This document shows positions 27,101 through 34,621 of a stretch of DNA of 64,000 nucleotides, in pieces (the first letter of the stretch is position 1; each line of letters opens with the position of its first letter). Source of the DNA: Planctomycetaceae bacterium (GTDB taxonomy: Bacteria > Planctomycetota > Planctomycetia > Planctomycetales > Planctomycetaceae); NCBI GenBank assembly GCA_041398965.1, contig JAWKTT010000008.1, positions 73,787 through 137,786 of the forward strand. The letters run 5' to 3'. The translations under genes and the position numbers were made by a program. Below the pieces are notes generated by a model. The model had not been told where the DNA came from, did no database searches, and saw nothing but the letters and a program-made list of their open reading frames with translations.

Positions 27101-29945
27101 GGGCTTGGGGGGTGGAGAAGAGCTTCCACGCGAGGTACTCGGCTCGGTAGACGTCGCGGTTCTCGCTGACAACTTCCATCTCCCAGACCGGGCGGGTGCT
27201 GGCGAGTGCGTCGCTGTGGATTGGTTCGTAGAAGTCGGTGCCAGTGAGATGCAGGTGCAGACGGTCCTCGCGCAGGACCGTGGTGAGGTCGAGGGTTTGG
27301 GTGTTGACGCTGAACCGATGTTTGCCGAAGCGGATGACATGGTCTCCCCCTTCGTAGAGTTCCTGCTTGTCTTTCAGTTGTCGGACGGCATCTTCACGTG
27401 CGGTTTTCAGTCGGCTTTGAATGTCGTCCACTTTGACGGAGTCGCCGAGCGTCTCTAACTGCGAGACGATGTCGCGGACCTTCTCGATCATCAGGTCGGA
27501 CGCGAAGTAGCCATGAATGTCGTTGATGGTCGGGAGCGAGTCGACGCGGCTCTTGATCCCTTTGAGGATGCGGTCAGCCGCTTGAGCGAGTGCGTTCGCG
27601 CGCTTGTTCCGTCGCTCAACAAGCTGCATTCGCCGCGTCTCGAAGGCACTCGCGACCTCTTCCCGCTTCTCGGCGAGTTGAATGATGAAGTCGTCGAACT
27701 CGGCGAACTTCCCTTCTAACTCTTCAACCTGCACCATCAGTTTGGTGAGGAACTCTTCGGTTTTCTCCGGAGTGTCGCAGACGTCGAGGTAGTTGACGAC
27801 CGACTGATTGAGGAGCTTGAGCTGCGACGCAAACTCGGCTGAACCTTCGACAGATGCGAGCGATTGTCGTTTCCGTTTCAGTGCGGCTCGGGCGGCGTTG
27901 ACGTGGCTGAAGATGGCCGAGATGTTGTCGATGATCGTTGTACGCTGCGTCGCATCGTCGATCTTGAGGTTCGAGACGATCTCGATGAGCATCTCCAGTT
28001 CGCCGGCAGCATCGGCGATCTTCTCGTCGAGTCGTTTCGCATCGCTGACCTTTTGCAACCCGTCGATTTGCGACTGCTCTGTTGCAATCTTCTCTTCATA
28101 GGCGGCCAGAGAATTCGGCTTCAGCAAGAACTCGACGCAGCGCTGCGAGAGTTGCTCGGTTGTTCTTGTGGCTTCCTTTTCGAGGGTGTCCACGAGTATG
28201 GGATCGATATAGCGGAGGTCACGGAGGGCGATGATGTCCCCCCGGATGGACCGCAATGAAGCGAGCGACTTAACGAAAGGGTCGATGTGATTAAACTGCT
28301 GACGACCGACTTCATGGATCAGTTCGCGAGTGCGAGCGGCAACCTTCTTGGACTGCTCTGCAGTATTCGCCCGCACACGAACGACTTTTTCAAACTCGTC
28401 GACTGCCGCCCGGGCGGCGTCGCGGACTTGTGAGAGTGGTTCGCCAAGATTGGCGGCCTGTGGTTCGCGAATCCAGAAGTAGCTGTCGAGGACATCGGTC
28501 GACTGTTTGACGATGTCGAGATACAGCCCAGCGTAGCTGTCGTCTTTCTCAATCAGGCCGAGGATCGCGTGACACTCGGCCATCCCCCGGACGATGTCGC
28601 GGTTTCCGATCTTGTAGAGGTACGAGTCGGTCGTCTGCTCGGGGACATAGTCGTTGCCGACGTAGGGGGTCTGCCAGATCTGAACGGCATGGTGCTTCTG
28701 TGGGTCGTTTGCCCCTTTAAAGAGAAGCATCTCACCGGCCCGAAACATCGTGAAGCCGTGGCAGATAACGGGAGTGTCGACCCGTTGCGCGATGAGGTTA
28801 TAGCCCAGCAGCACATAGGCACCGGTCTCGGGCTGGTAGAAGACATACAGGGTATCTTCGCCGTTGGGGGCGACGACTCGACGCTCGAAGATCAGCCCCT
28901 GAATCGCGGTGTCGAAGGTCTTCGCTTCACCGGTTTGGAGGTAGTATCCGTTCGAGAAGATGAGACCATGATCGTCTGGGAGGAGGACGCAGGCATCTTT
29001 GAGTGAGTCAATTCGCTGTGCTCGTTTCAGCTTTTCGTTAAAGACAATGTAGCGATAATCTCGCTCTTGATAGGGGCGAATCTTCAGCAGGATGACGTGG
29101 CCCACGATGGCGTACTGGATGTCGCCGTCGTCGAGTGTTTGATCGGCGTTGTCGACCGGTTCGGCATAGATGCCTTCGCCGGAGTCGGTGTTGTTTTCGA
29201 CCTTAATGGTGAGGTCGCCCCCGACGGTTTCGACGAAGATGCGGTCTTCAATCGAGACGTGCGGGTGGGTGCCAAAGTGGTACATATCGCGGGTGGTTCG
29301 TTTCCATTCGAACTCGTGCTGCGACGGGAACTTGACTTCGTGATCGCTGCGGTTGTCGAGGTAGCGGAGGGTGTCCCCTTCGATCGCCCACTTGAACGAC
29401 TTGATGTCGCTGGTCGACTTGCCGACCTGAAACACCATATACAGATGGGGCCCTCGCGAGAAGAACTTTGCGAAAGTGGCGTTCTTGTAGTAGCGGTAGA
29501 CGTCCTGGAAGTCCTTCTGAAACTGTGCATTTCCGAGGAGATCAAGGCCCGTCGGTTGCAACCGTTGAGCCGCGGCATCGAACTCGTAACAGGCGAAGAC
29601 ATCGTTGACGTTACGCTCTGCTTTGAGGCCGAAGTGGACGTTGTAGCCGAATAGAAACCGCGAACCGATCGAAACCATATCCCGCGGGATACAATTGTGC
29701 TCGGTGGTAATTCGTTCGGTGGTGAGCAGCTTGAGATCGATCGACCCGAAGACGTGCTTTCGGTCCTGGTTGAGTTCGTCCAACCGTCGACGCAGTTCCT
29801 CTCCATGCCCCCGCAGTCGATTCTGCAGAATCTCATAGGTTCCCCCCTCAAGTTGCATCGGGGCGTCGGCAGGGAGGGACGGAGTGGACATAGGTAGGGG
29901 TGTTGCCGGTGAGTTGTGACTGTGTGACGGGTCGTTTAGCCCCAC
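24150..29945 (-). CDS. giant (1931 aa) protein with a single MoxR/AAA_5-like P-loop ATPase module, long coiled coils and a beta-rich N-terminal region; function unknown
   Basis: Walker A LLISPPGYGKTTLMEYIANRLG, Walker B MIYLDDIQHCHPEFLQKF and an arginine finger region at about aa 1290-1480. Extensive heptad-like segments between aa 560 and 900. Continuous ORF with uniform composition. Confidence 0.85.
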   Translation of the reverse strand: MGLNDPSHSHNSPATPLPMSTPSLPADAPMQLEGGTYEILQNRLRGHGEELRRRLDELNQDRKHVFGSIDLKLLTTERITTEHNCIPRDMVSIGSRFLFGYNVHFGLKAERNVNDVFACYEFDAAAQRLQPTGLDLLGNAQFQKDFQDVYRYYKNATFAKFFSRGPHLYMVFQVGKSTSDIKSFKWAIEGDTLRYLDNRSDHEVKFPSQHEFEWKRTTRDMYHFGTHPHVSIEDRIFVETVGGDLTIKVENNTDSGEGIYAEPVDNADQTLDDGDIQYAIVGHVILLKIRPYQERDYRYIVFNEKLKRAQRIDSLKDACVLLPDDHGLIFSNGYYLQTGEAKTFDTAIQGLIFERRVVAPNGEDTLYVFYQPETGAYVLLGYNLIAQRVDTPVICHGFTMFRAGEMLLFKGANDPQKHHAVQIWQTPYVGNDYVPEQTTDSYLYKIGNRDIVRGMAECHAILGLIEKDDSYAGLYLDIVKQSTDVLDSYFWIREPQAANLGEPLSQVRDAARAAVDEFEKVVRVRANTAEQSKKVAARTRELIHEVGRQQFNHIDPFVKSLASLRSIRGDIIALRDLRYIDPILVDTLEKEATRTTEQLSQRCVEFLLKPNSLAAYEEKIATEQSQIDGLQKVSDAKRLDEKIADAAGELEMLIEIVSNLKIDDATQRTTIIDNISAIFSHVNAARAALKRKRQSLASVEGSAEFASQLKLLNQSVVNYLDVCDTPEKTEEFLTKLMVQVEELEGKFAEFDDFIIQLAEKREEVASAFETRRMQLVERRNKRANALAQAADRILKGIKSRVDSLPTINDIHGYFASDLMIEKVRDIVSQLETLGDSVKVDDIQSRLKTAREDAVRQLKDKQELYEGGDHVIRFGKHRFSVNTQTLDLTTVLREDRLHLHLTGTDFYEPIHSDALASTRPVWEMEVVSENRDVYRAEYLAWKLFSTPQALGLPTTETNRQSPAKQQTADKQPTPDQLSANRLSAVQQFMAPRYTEGYTKGVHDHDAAILLAALTEINSTCGLLRYSSSSRALAGYLWNHVIDDAIRVRLANKLTGYATIGHLFPDSKQEAAYIDELVAVLQASAAPLQPSTQRQRNEHNNGSGHDDSTQVITDESRREAAVIREAAEYLFYELTSDAHESRGGEFVVSQQAANLYREFHENLHSLRASDRLQKSLDGVRTDSLAALALAKNWVTAYVRQSLQSAPPTATTHQETQTLDVIDEVALLLMETALSNSNAATQPASFDQRRIVAADTVRQLTGLTGSHPVIGENGTYQLDFNRFRNKLARFDREVVPAFQQYHEIKSKVVESAREEMKLAEFQPRVLSSFVRNQLIDKVYLPLIGDNLAKQIGTSGNTKRTDRQGLLLLISPPGYGKTTLMEYIANRLGIIFMKINGPALGHHVTSLDPNAAPNAGAREEIEKLNLAFEMGDNVMIYLDDIQHCHPEFLQKFISLCDAQRKVEGVYKGKSRTYDFRGKKVAVVMAGNPYTESGEKFQIPDMLANRADIYNLGEIIGDSRDPFEMSYLENALTSNPLLAKLAARSQQDVYGIIKIADKARRQTVSGPNSSSPLDTSGVELEGTYALEELNEFVSTMTKLMRVRDVVLRVNQEYIASAAQHDDYRTEPPFLLQGSYRNMNRIAEKVLPAMNEAELETLIVSSYQNDAQTLTSGTEANMLKFKELIDRQTPEEQERWETIRRTYRQNVKMRGIGSEDKVGQVIASLTTLSDGLDAIRKAVTQGAGSLSTRPEHATGDDRVAAATTIVSSELAQLRTQLERGLTTLTELAQRPISIDVPEIRIPEISLPELLTDSLTQLASSPQPSRESSPTTTPKSAAASHRDDRTPRILDESDFLPAPPAPTTTPAQITVINRLPKTVYNVLEQQFNLMHGWLKPLTEMSRQQKQDFADLRPMVEECLRHYRTLLRKLEEAHDNDEG

Positions 29946-29972
29946 ACTTTATGTGTGGAGCGAACCACTAGG

Positions 29973-30191
29973 TTATGTCTCGTCGTCAATAACAGGATTC
30001 ATCCATTCGACTCTGCCATCCCGCCAGACAGGAATCTGCCGCCCCTCGGCAGCATGTCTCCGCAGGGCCCGTTGTTGAGCCTTACGAATCGCCCGATCGA
30101 TCCCTTCAAGGTCACGAATGCGTTCGGCGATCGGATCGAGTTCGACGGGTTGATTCTCCTTTATCATTTCGACTCCAAGATTATGCGCCAA
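29973..30191 (-). CDS. small 72-aa ORF overlapping the 3' end of the zeta-toxin-like gene; candidate partner or antitoxin-like protein
   Basis: Charged and helical (RAIRKAQQRALRRH). Overlaps the upstream gene by 28 nt. No family recognised, so it may not be real. Confidence 0.3.
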   Translation of the reverse strand: MAHNLGVEMIKENQPVELDPIAERIRDLEGIDRAIRKAQQRALRRHAAEGRQIPVWRDGRVEWMNPVIDDET

Positions 30192-30808
30192 AGAGACTCG
30201 TTAATGACCTCTAAGTCGCCACTATCAAAGCGAGCGATTCTGTTCGTTTCCATTTTTCGTGTTGCGTCGAACAATTGCCAAGTGTTCAGAAGTGGACGGT
30301 ACAGGTTCATGAAGTTGGATAGCCCTCGGACATAACGTCGTCGGACGATAACGTCGGGAACGTGGTGGCCGCCCGAGGCGACGCGAGTCTGGACTCTGGC
30401 GATGGCGAACTCTGGCGACGGTAGCCAGAAGAACAACATGTGAGTTTGATATCCCGTCTTACGGAGTTGCCGCAGGAGTGACGCGAACGAACGAGAGGCA
30501 AGTGTGGTCTCGAATGCGAAACTGACGCGGTGTTTCGACAGTTCCGCGATTCGCTGCAACATGATTCGCCCCGCTTCCATCGCGACCGCTTCGACATCGA
30601 ATGCCGAGAGACCTTCTGCAATCACATCCGCATTCACGAATTCGCGAATCTGAAAGTGATCACGCAGTAAATCGGGCGCACATGTCGACTTCCCGGCTCC
30701 GTTGGGGCCAGCAATCAGGACGACATGAGGCGGAGAGTTGGGCATGAAGTCTGTCGTATGAGTCCTGGATATCTTATCACGATGATTGAATAGTGCGATC
30801 TGTGTCAC
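30164..30808 (-). CDS. zeta-toxin / AAA_33-like P-loop kinase family protein
   Basis: Walker A VVLIAGPNGAGKST, followed by DVIAEGLSAFD-like substrate-loop region and a Walker B-like FETTL. About 200 aa, matching zeta toxin/UDP-GlcNAc kinase size. Start is either GTG 30808 or ATG 30745. Confidence 0.7.
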   Translation of the reverse strand: MTQIALFNHRDKISRTHTTDFMPNSPPHVVLIAGPNGAGKSTCAPDLLRDHFQIREFVNADVIAEGLSAFDVEAVAMEAGRIMLQRIAELSKHRVSFAFETTLASRSFASLLRQLRKTGYQTHMLFFWLPSPEFAIARVQTRVASGGHHVPDVIVRRRYVRGLSNFMNLYRPLLNTWQLFDATRKMETNRIARFDSGDLEVINESLWRIILESK

Positions 30809-30944
30809 ATTGTCGTCGCCACGGATTCGGCGGATGATGATGGATCAAGAGATGGATTGCCTCTTGGCGAATCCGTCCCTTTGGTCGTCCTTGTGTCCAT
30901 CACTTCATCCGTCCTAAATCCGTCTCAATCCGTGGCTCCCTGTG

Positions 30945-33056
30945 TTACGACTTCTTCTTCGGCATTGCTGGTTCCTCCTTATTGCCACCGAGGAGGCCGA
31001 GGCCGAGGGCGGCGACTTTTTGGTCTAACATGCCGTTGGACTTCAGGAAACGCTGGAGGCGTTTCAGGCTGGTCGTGGTGCCGTCGTCGTCGGATTCTAT
31101 CAGGAGTTTCCCGATCAACGCGGCGACCGACATGTCCTTCACATCTTCAAAGCTCAAGCCAAACTGGCTGGTGAACTTTTGCAGGTTCTCGCGGAAGTCG
31201 TCGCTACCGCTGCCATCGAAGAAGGTGTTTTTGACGTCGGTGAGGACGTTCGAGTTCTGCACCCAACGGTCGACGCTTTTCCCCGCTTTGATCGAGTCGA
31301 CGATCTTGTCGAAGAACTGCGTCTCGCCGCCGACGATGTCGATGCGAGCGTTGCCGAGGGCGGCCCCGACGATCTTACTTTGCTCGGCTGCAATGTTCGT
31401 CTGTGCGGTGATGGCAGCGATCTCGATGTCTTTGTCTTTGTTGAGTCGCAGCTTGAACTCTTCGTGCTCGCGTCCCACGCCGTCGAAGATTTTCATCGCT
31501 TCCGCCTTCTCGGTGATCCCCTTCGCTTCGGCGGAGAACTTCTGATGCATCACCTCGGCTTCGGCCAGACCTTCCTTCTCGATCGCTTCGGCCTTGGCTT
31601 TTTGACCTGCGGCTTCGGCCATGGCTTTCTTCTCGATGACGACCGCTTCGGCCTCGCCTTGTTTCTGGATCGCTTCGGCCTTGGCAGCAATCACCTGCGC
31701 GTCGGCCAGTCCGGTGGCAGCCTGTGTCGCTTGCGTGGCTTCGGCGAGCATTTTCTTGGCGGCGGTTTCCTTTTCGGCTGCGGCTCGGTGAGCTTCGGCC
31801 TCGATCACTTCCTGTTCAGCCTGGAAGCCCGCTGCCTGCTTAGATGCTTCCGCCTGTTTGATTTCTTTCACGAGTGCCTGTTCGGCTTCCTTTTCCGCGG
31901 CAGTGATGGCGACACGCTTTGCACGATCGGCAGTGGCGAACTCTTCGGTGTCTTTGATCTTCTGTTGTTCTTCGACGACCGACCGCTCGACCGCAACCCG
32001 CTCGCGAATGACGTCCTGAATCGCCTTTTTCTCGACTTCGATCGCCTTTTCCTTCTCGATCTCGGCCAGTCCGACGATCCGCTCGCGCTCGGTCACTTCC
32101 AGCATCCGATCCTTTTCGACTCGTTCCTTTTCAACCGCGTCGGTCCGTTCCTTATTCCGTTGGGCGACAATAATTTGTCGTAACTTATTCTCTTCGGCCA
32201 CTTGGATTTGTTCTTCGGCCGTGATGCGGGCCCCTTCGGCCTTTTGACGTTCTTCTTCTTGAACCTTGGCCGCTTCCGCATGTTGACGAGCGGCGATCTC
32301 GGCGATCTCCCGCTTCTGCTTTTCGACCGCTTCGACCCGCTGCTTTTCGAGTTCAAGGATCGCCTCTTGAGCTTCGACGTCTTGTTTCTTAATGGTCTTC
32401 TCTTTTTCCCGCTGAATCTCGTTCGAGAGGACATGCTCGCGAGCGGTTAGCTGGGTGATCTTCTTAATCCCCTCGGCATCGAGAATGTTGTTCTGATTTA
32501 ATAACTCGAGCGGTGTTTGTTCGAGGAAGTCGATGGCACAGTCGTCAAGAATGTAGCCATTAAGATCGGTCCCCAGAGCGTTCAGGATTTCGGCCTTGAA
32601 CTTGTCCCGTTCTTCGTAGAGTTCGACAAAGTCAAATCGCTTGCCGACGGTCTTGAGGGCTTCGGAGAATTTCGCGTCGAAGAGTTCGACGAGCGAACGA
32701 TGGTCGCTGGCACGCCGGCAACCGAGCGATTGAGCGACTTGCAGGATGTCCTCTTTCTGATTATTGACCCGGACAAAGAAGGCCACTTCAATGTCGGCCC
32801 GGACGTTGTCTTTACAGATCAGCCCACTCTCACCTCGACGGGCGATCTCGATCCGCTTGACCGAAAGGTCCATTAACTCGGCTCGGTGCATGATCGGAAT
32901 GACCACAATGCCCCCACCCGATGTGACCTGCATTCCCCCGATCCCGGTACGGACTAACGCCTCTTCAGGGCCCACCTTACGGTAGAACCGCGAGAGAATA
33001 ATCAACGCTCCCGTGACGGCGAGAAAAACAAAGAAACCTGCGACGACGTATTCCAT
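30945..33056 (-). CDS. flotillin-family SPFH/Band-7 protein with long Glu/Lys/Ala-rich coiled coil (FloT/YqiK-like)
   Basis: N-terminal membrane hairpin MEYVVAGFFVFLAVTGALIIL, an SPFH domain (ALVRTGIGG...KDNVRADIEVAFFVRV), then about 300 aa of EA-rich coiled-coil repeats. ATG at 33056. Confidence 0.9.
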   Translation of the reverse strand: MEYVVAGFFVFLAVTGALIILSRFYRKVGPEEALVRTGIGGMQVTSGGGIVVIPIMHRAELMDLSVKRIEIARRGESGLICKDNVRADIEVAFFVRVNNQKEDILQVAQSLGCRRASDHRSLVELFDAKFSEALKTVGKRFDFVELYEERDKFKAEILNALGTDLNGYILDDCAIDFLEQTPLELLNQNNILDAEGIKKITQLTAREHVLSNEIQREKEKTIKKQDVEAQEAILELEKQRVEAVEKQKREIAEIAARQHAEAAKVQEEERQKAEGARITAEEQIQVAEENKLRQIIVAQRNKERTDAVEKERVEKDRMLEVTERERIVGLAEIEKEKAIEVEKKAIQDVIRERVAVERSVVEEQQKIKDTEEFATADRAKRVAITAAEKEAEQALVKEIKQAEASKQAAGFQAEQEVIEAEAHRAAAEKETAAKKMLAEATQATQAATGLADAQVIAAKAEAIQKQGEAEAVVIEKKAMAEAAGQKAKAEAIEKEGLAEAEVMHQKFSAEAKGITEKAEAMKIFDGVGREHEEFKLRLNKDKDIEIAAITAQTNIAAEQSKIVGAALGNARIDIVGGETQFFDKIVDSIKAGKSVDRWVQNSNVLTDVKNTFFDGSGSDDFRENLQKFTSQFGLSFEDVKDMSVAALIGKLLIESDDDGTTTSLKRLQRFLKSNGMLDQKVAALGLGLLGGNKEEPAMPKKKS

Positions 33057-33092
33057 AATGGCCTCGGAGTAGGCGGGGTGAGTGAGCGAAAA

Positions 33093-33146
33093 GGATAGAC
33101 CGCGGATGACGCGGATTGGGCGGATTGGGCGGATATTCGCGGATAG
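33093..33146. repeat. left terminal inverted repeat of the GxxExxY cassette; contains an internal 9-nt tandem duplication GGGCGGATT
   Basis: Direct comparison with the reverse complement of 33632-33677: 33 of the first 34 nt are identical. Confidence 0.6.
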
Positions 33147-33197
33147 AAGTGAACGGGTGTGTAATGGCAATGATCTTGTGAGTGGTGCATAGGTGGT

Positions 33198-33599
33198 TTA
33201 GTGCTTGACGTGTCTCTTTCGTTCGTTTGAGAACGCCTTGCGCCGGAAGTCGGGCTTCTCTCCAAAGTTCAGAAGTAGTCCAACCTCGATTTGTGTTGCC
33301 TTAAGGTAGTTCAATAGTTGTGCTTCATGGGTCGTGTGGAGTGATTCCGAAACCTTGACTTCAATGATGACTAATTGGTTGACAATGATGTCGGCGAAAT
33401 AGGTGCCGACGTGTGCGCCATCATAGTAAACGCTGATTGGATCTTGCTGTGCGACGGTGAGTCCCTGTCTTGTTAAGGCCACAACGAGGGAGTTCTCGTA
33501 GACTTTCTCTAAGAAGCCGAACCCAAGGGCATTATAGACATCGTAGAACGTACCAATAATCTTGTCGGTAAGATCACAATGTAGCAGTTTGTTGTTCAT
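33198..33599 (-). CDS. GxxExxY-family protein (PD-(D/E)XK-like)
   Basis: 133 aa with the YENSL...DIIVNQLVIIEVKV...EAQLLNYLKATQIEVGLLLNFG motifs typical of the GxxExxY family. Confidence 0.8.
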   Translation of the reverse strand: MNNKLLHCDLTDKIIGTFYDVYNALGFGFLEKVYENSLVVALTRQGLTVAQQDPISVYYDGAHVGTYFADIIVNQLVIIEVKVSESLHTTHEAQLLNYLKATQIEVGLLLNFGEKPDFRRKAFSNERKRHVKH

Positions 33600-33631
33600 A
33601 GGCTGGGAGAGGTGTCGAGAATCTGGTTTAT

Positions 33632-33677
33632 CCTATCCGCGATAATCCGCCCAATCTGCGTCATCCGCGGTCTATCC
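33632..33677. repeat. right terminal inverted repeat of the GxxExxY cassette; overlaps the last codons and stop of nfeD
   Basis: Reverse complement matches 33093-33146 apart from a 9-nt indel and one mismatch. Confidence 0.6.
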
Positions 33678-34293
33678 GTATGACGGTGTAGAGGTTTGTG
33701 ACTGGGTCGTAGTCGATGATTTCCGCGAGGGTGCCTTTGGGGATGGTTCCTTCTGTTGTTCTGACGTTGAGTTGCAGGGGAGCCCCTTCGCCGGTGGGGT
33801 AGAGGGCGTGGCCGGTTGTTGTGGTCGCTTCATTCGAGATGGTGATCTGCTTTCCAATGAGGTTGGTCGCTGGGTGGGGTTCGACGAACTTGAGCTTTCC
33901 TTTGAGTGGTTGAGTCAGAATCTTTGCGGCGAAGAGTCCGATCCCGAAGTTTCGCAGGTTGATGGCGATAATCTCCCAGACGGTGAGGTGGGAGAGGTGT
34001 TGATCGAAAGTGACGGAGACGAGCCATGCTGGAAGGGCGAGCGCTGACATCCAGATCATGAAGGGGACGTCGCGAAGGTTGAACCATTTCAGACCGGCGA
34101 GTCCCCAGTGCAGGAGTGAGTGGTGTGAGTCGATGTCGAGGTCAATTTCCCATTCGTGATCGAGATGGAGATCGAGCACATCATGGGTGGCCGCCCCGAC
34201 GATGACGAGAATCCAATACAACGAAACCAGTCCCAACAGTACGGTTGCCGGGAGGATGGGCCATTGAATGATGACGTTCAGGAATTCGATCAT
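33661..34293 (-). CDS. NfeD-like membrane protein (flotillin-associated, C-terminal OB-fold)
   Basis: N-terminal transmembrane helices (MIEFLNVIIQWPILPATVLLGLVSLYWILVIV) and a C-terminal soluble beta domain (GTLAEIIDYDPVTNLYTVIRI). Lies upstream of the flotillin gene, as in nfeD-floT operons. ATG at 34293. Confidence 0.75.
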   Translation of the reverse strand: MIEFLNVIIQWPILPATVLLGLVSLYWILVIVGAATHDVLDLHLDHEWEIDLDIDSHHSLLHWGLAGLKWFNLRDVPFMIWMSALALPAWLVSVTFDQHLSHLTVWEIIAINLRNFGIGLFAAKILTQPLKGKLKFVEPHPATNLIGKQITISNEATTTTGHALYPTGEGAPLQLNVRTTEGTIPKGTLAEIIDYDPVTNLYTVIRIDRG

Positions 34294-34621
34294 GGGGAAG
34301 CCTATGTTGCGAGTATGCAACAAATTTGCGGGTTTGGGGGGATAACGAAGGTCTGAGCGGTGGAGATCAAAGAATTTGCGGGGTTTTTGACGGCGAGCGG
34401 GATCGCTCCCGTCGAGATGAGTCATTCCGGTCGTGTCGATTGTCCCGTATGGACGGGTCAGGGGGGGGCGGAAAACAAGAGGCAAGTTTTTCTACCGGGT
34501 AAGCCGAAACGATGACGTAGGCTTTACGGGACGACACCACCTCCTGACGAGGGGGCCGTGTGACTGTTCCGAAAGAAGAACTGCGGTTCATGGAGGAAGT
34601 CGCCTTGGGAACCTTGTTGGC

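Larger units (their letters stand above)
33093..33677. mobile_element. 585-bp cassette bounded by imperfect ~46-bp terminal inverted repeats, carrying a GxxExxY gene, inserted between nfeD and the flotillin gene
   Basis: Left end GGATAGACCGCGGATGACGCGGATTGGGCGGATT(GGGCGGAT)ATTCGCGGATAG at 33093-33146. Reverse complement of 33632-33677 is GGATAGACCGCGGATGACGCAGATTGGGCGGATTATCGCGGATAGG. The interior is about 47% GC versus about 57% for the flanking genes. Confidence 0.5.

Noticed and set aside
31179-32183. 334-aa plus-strand ORF rich in Leu, Phe, Gly and Asp
   Set aside because: Antisense to the flotillin coiled-coil region, where Glu/Lys/Ala codons read backwards as Phe/Leu.
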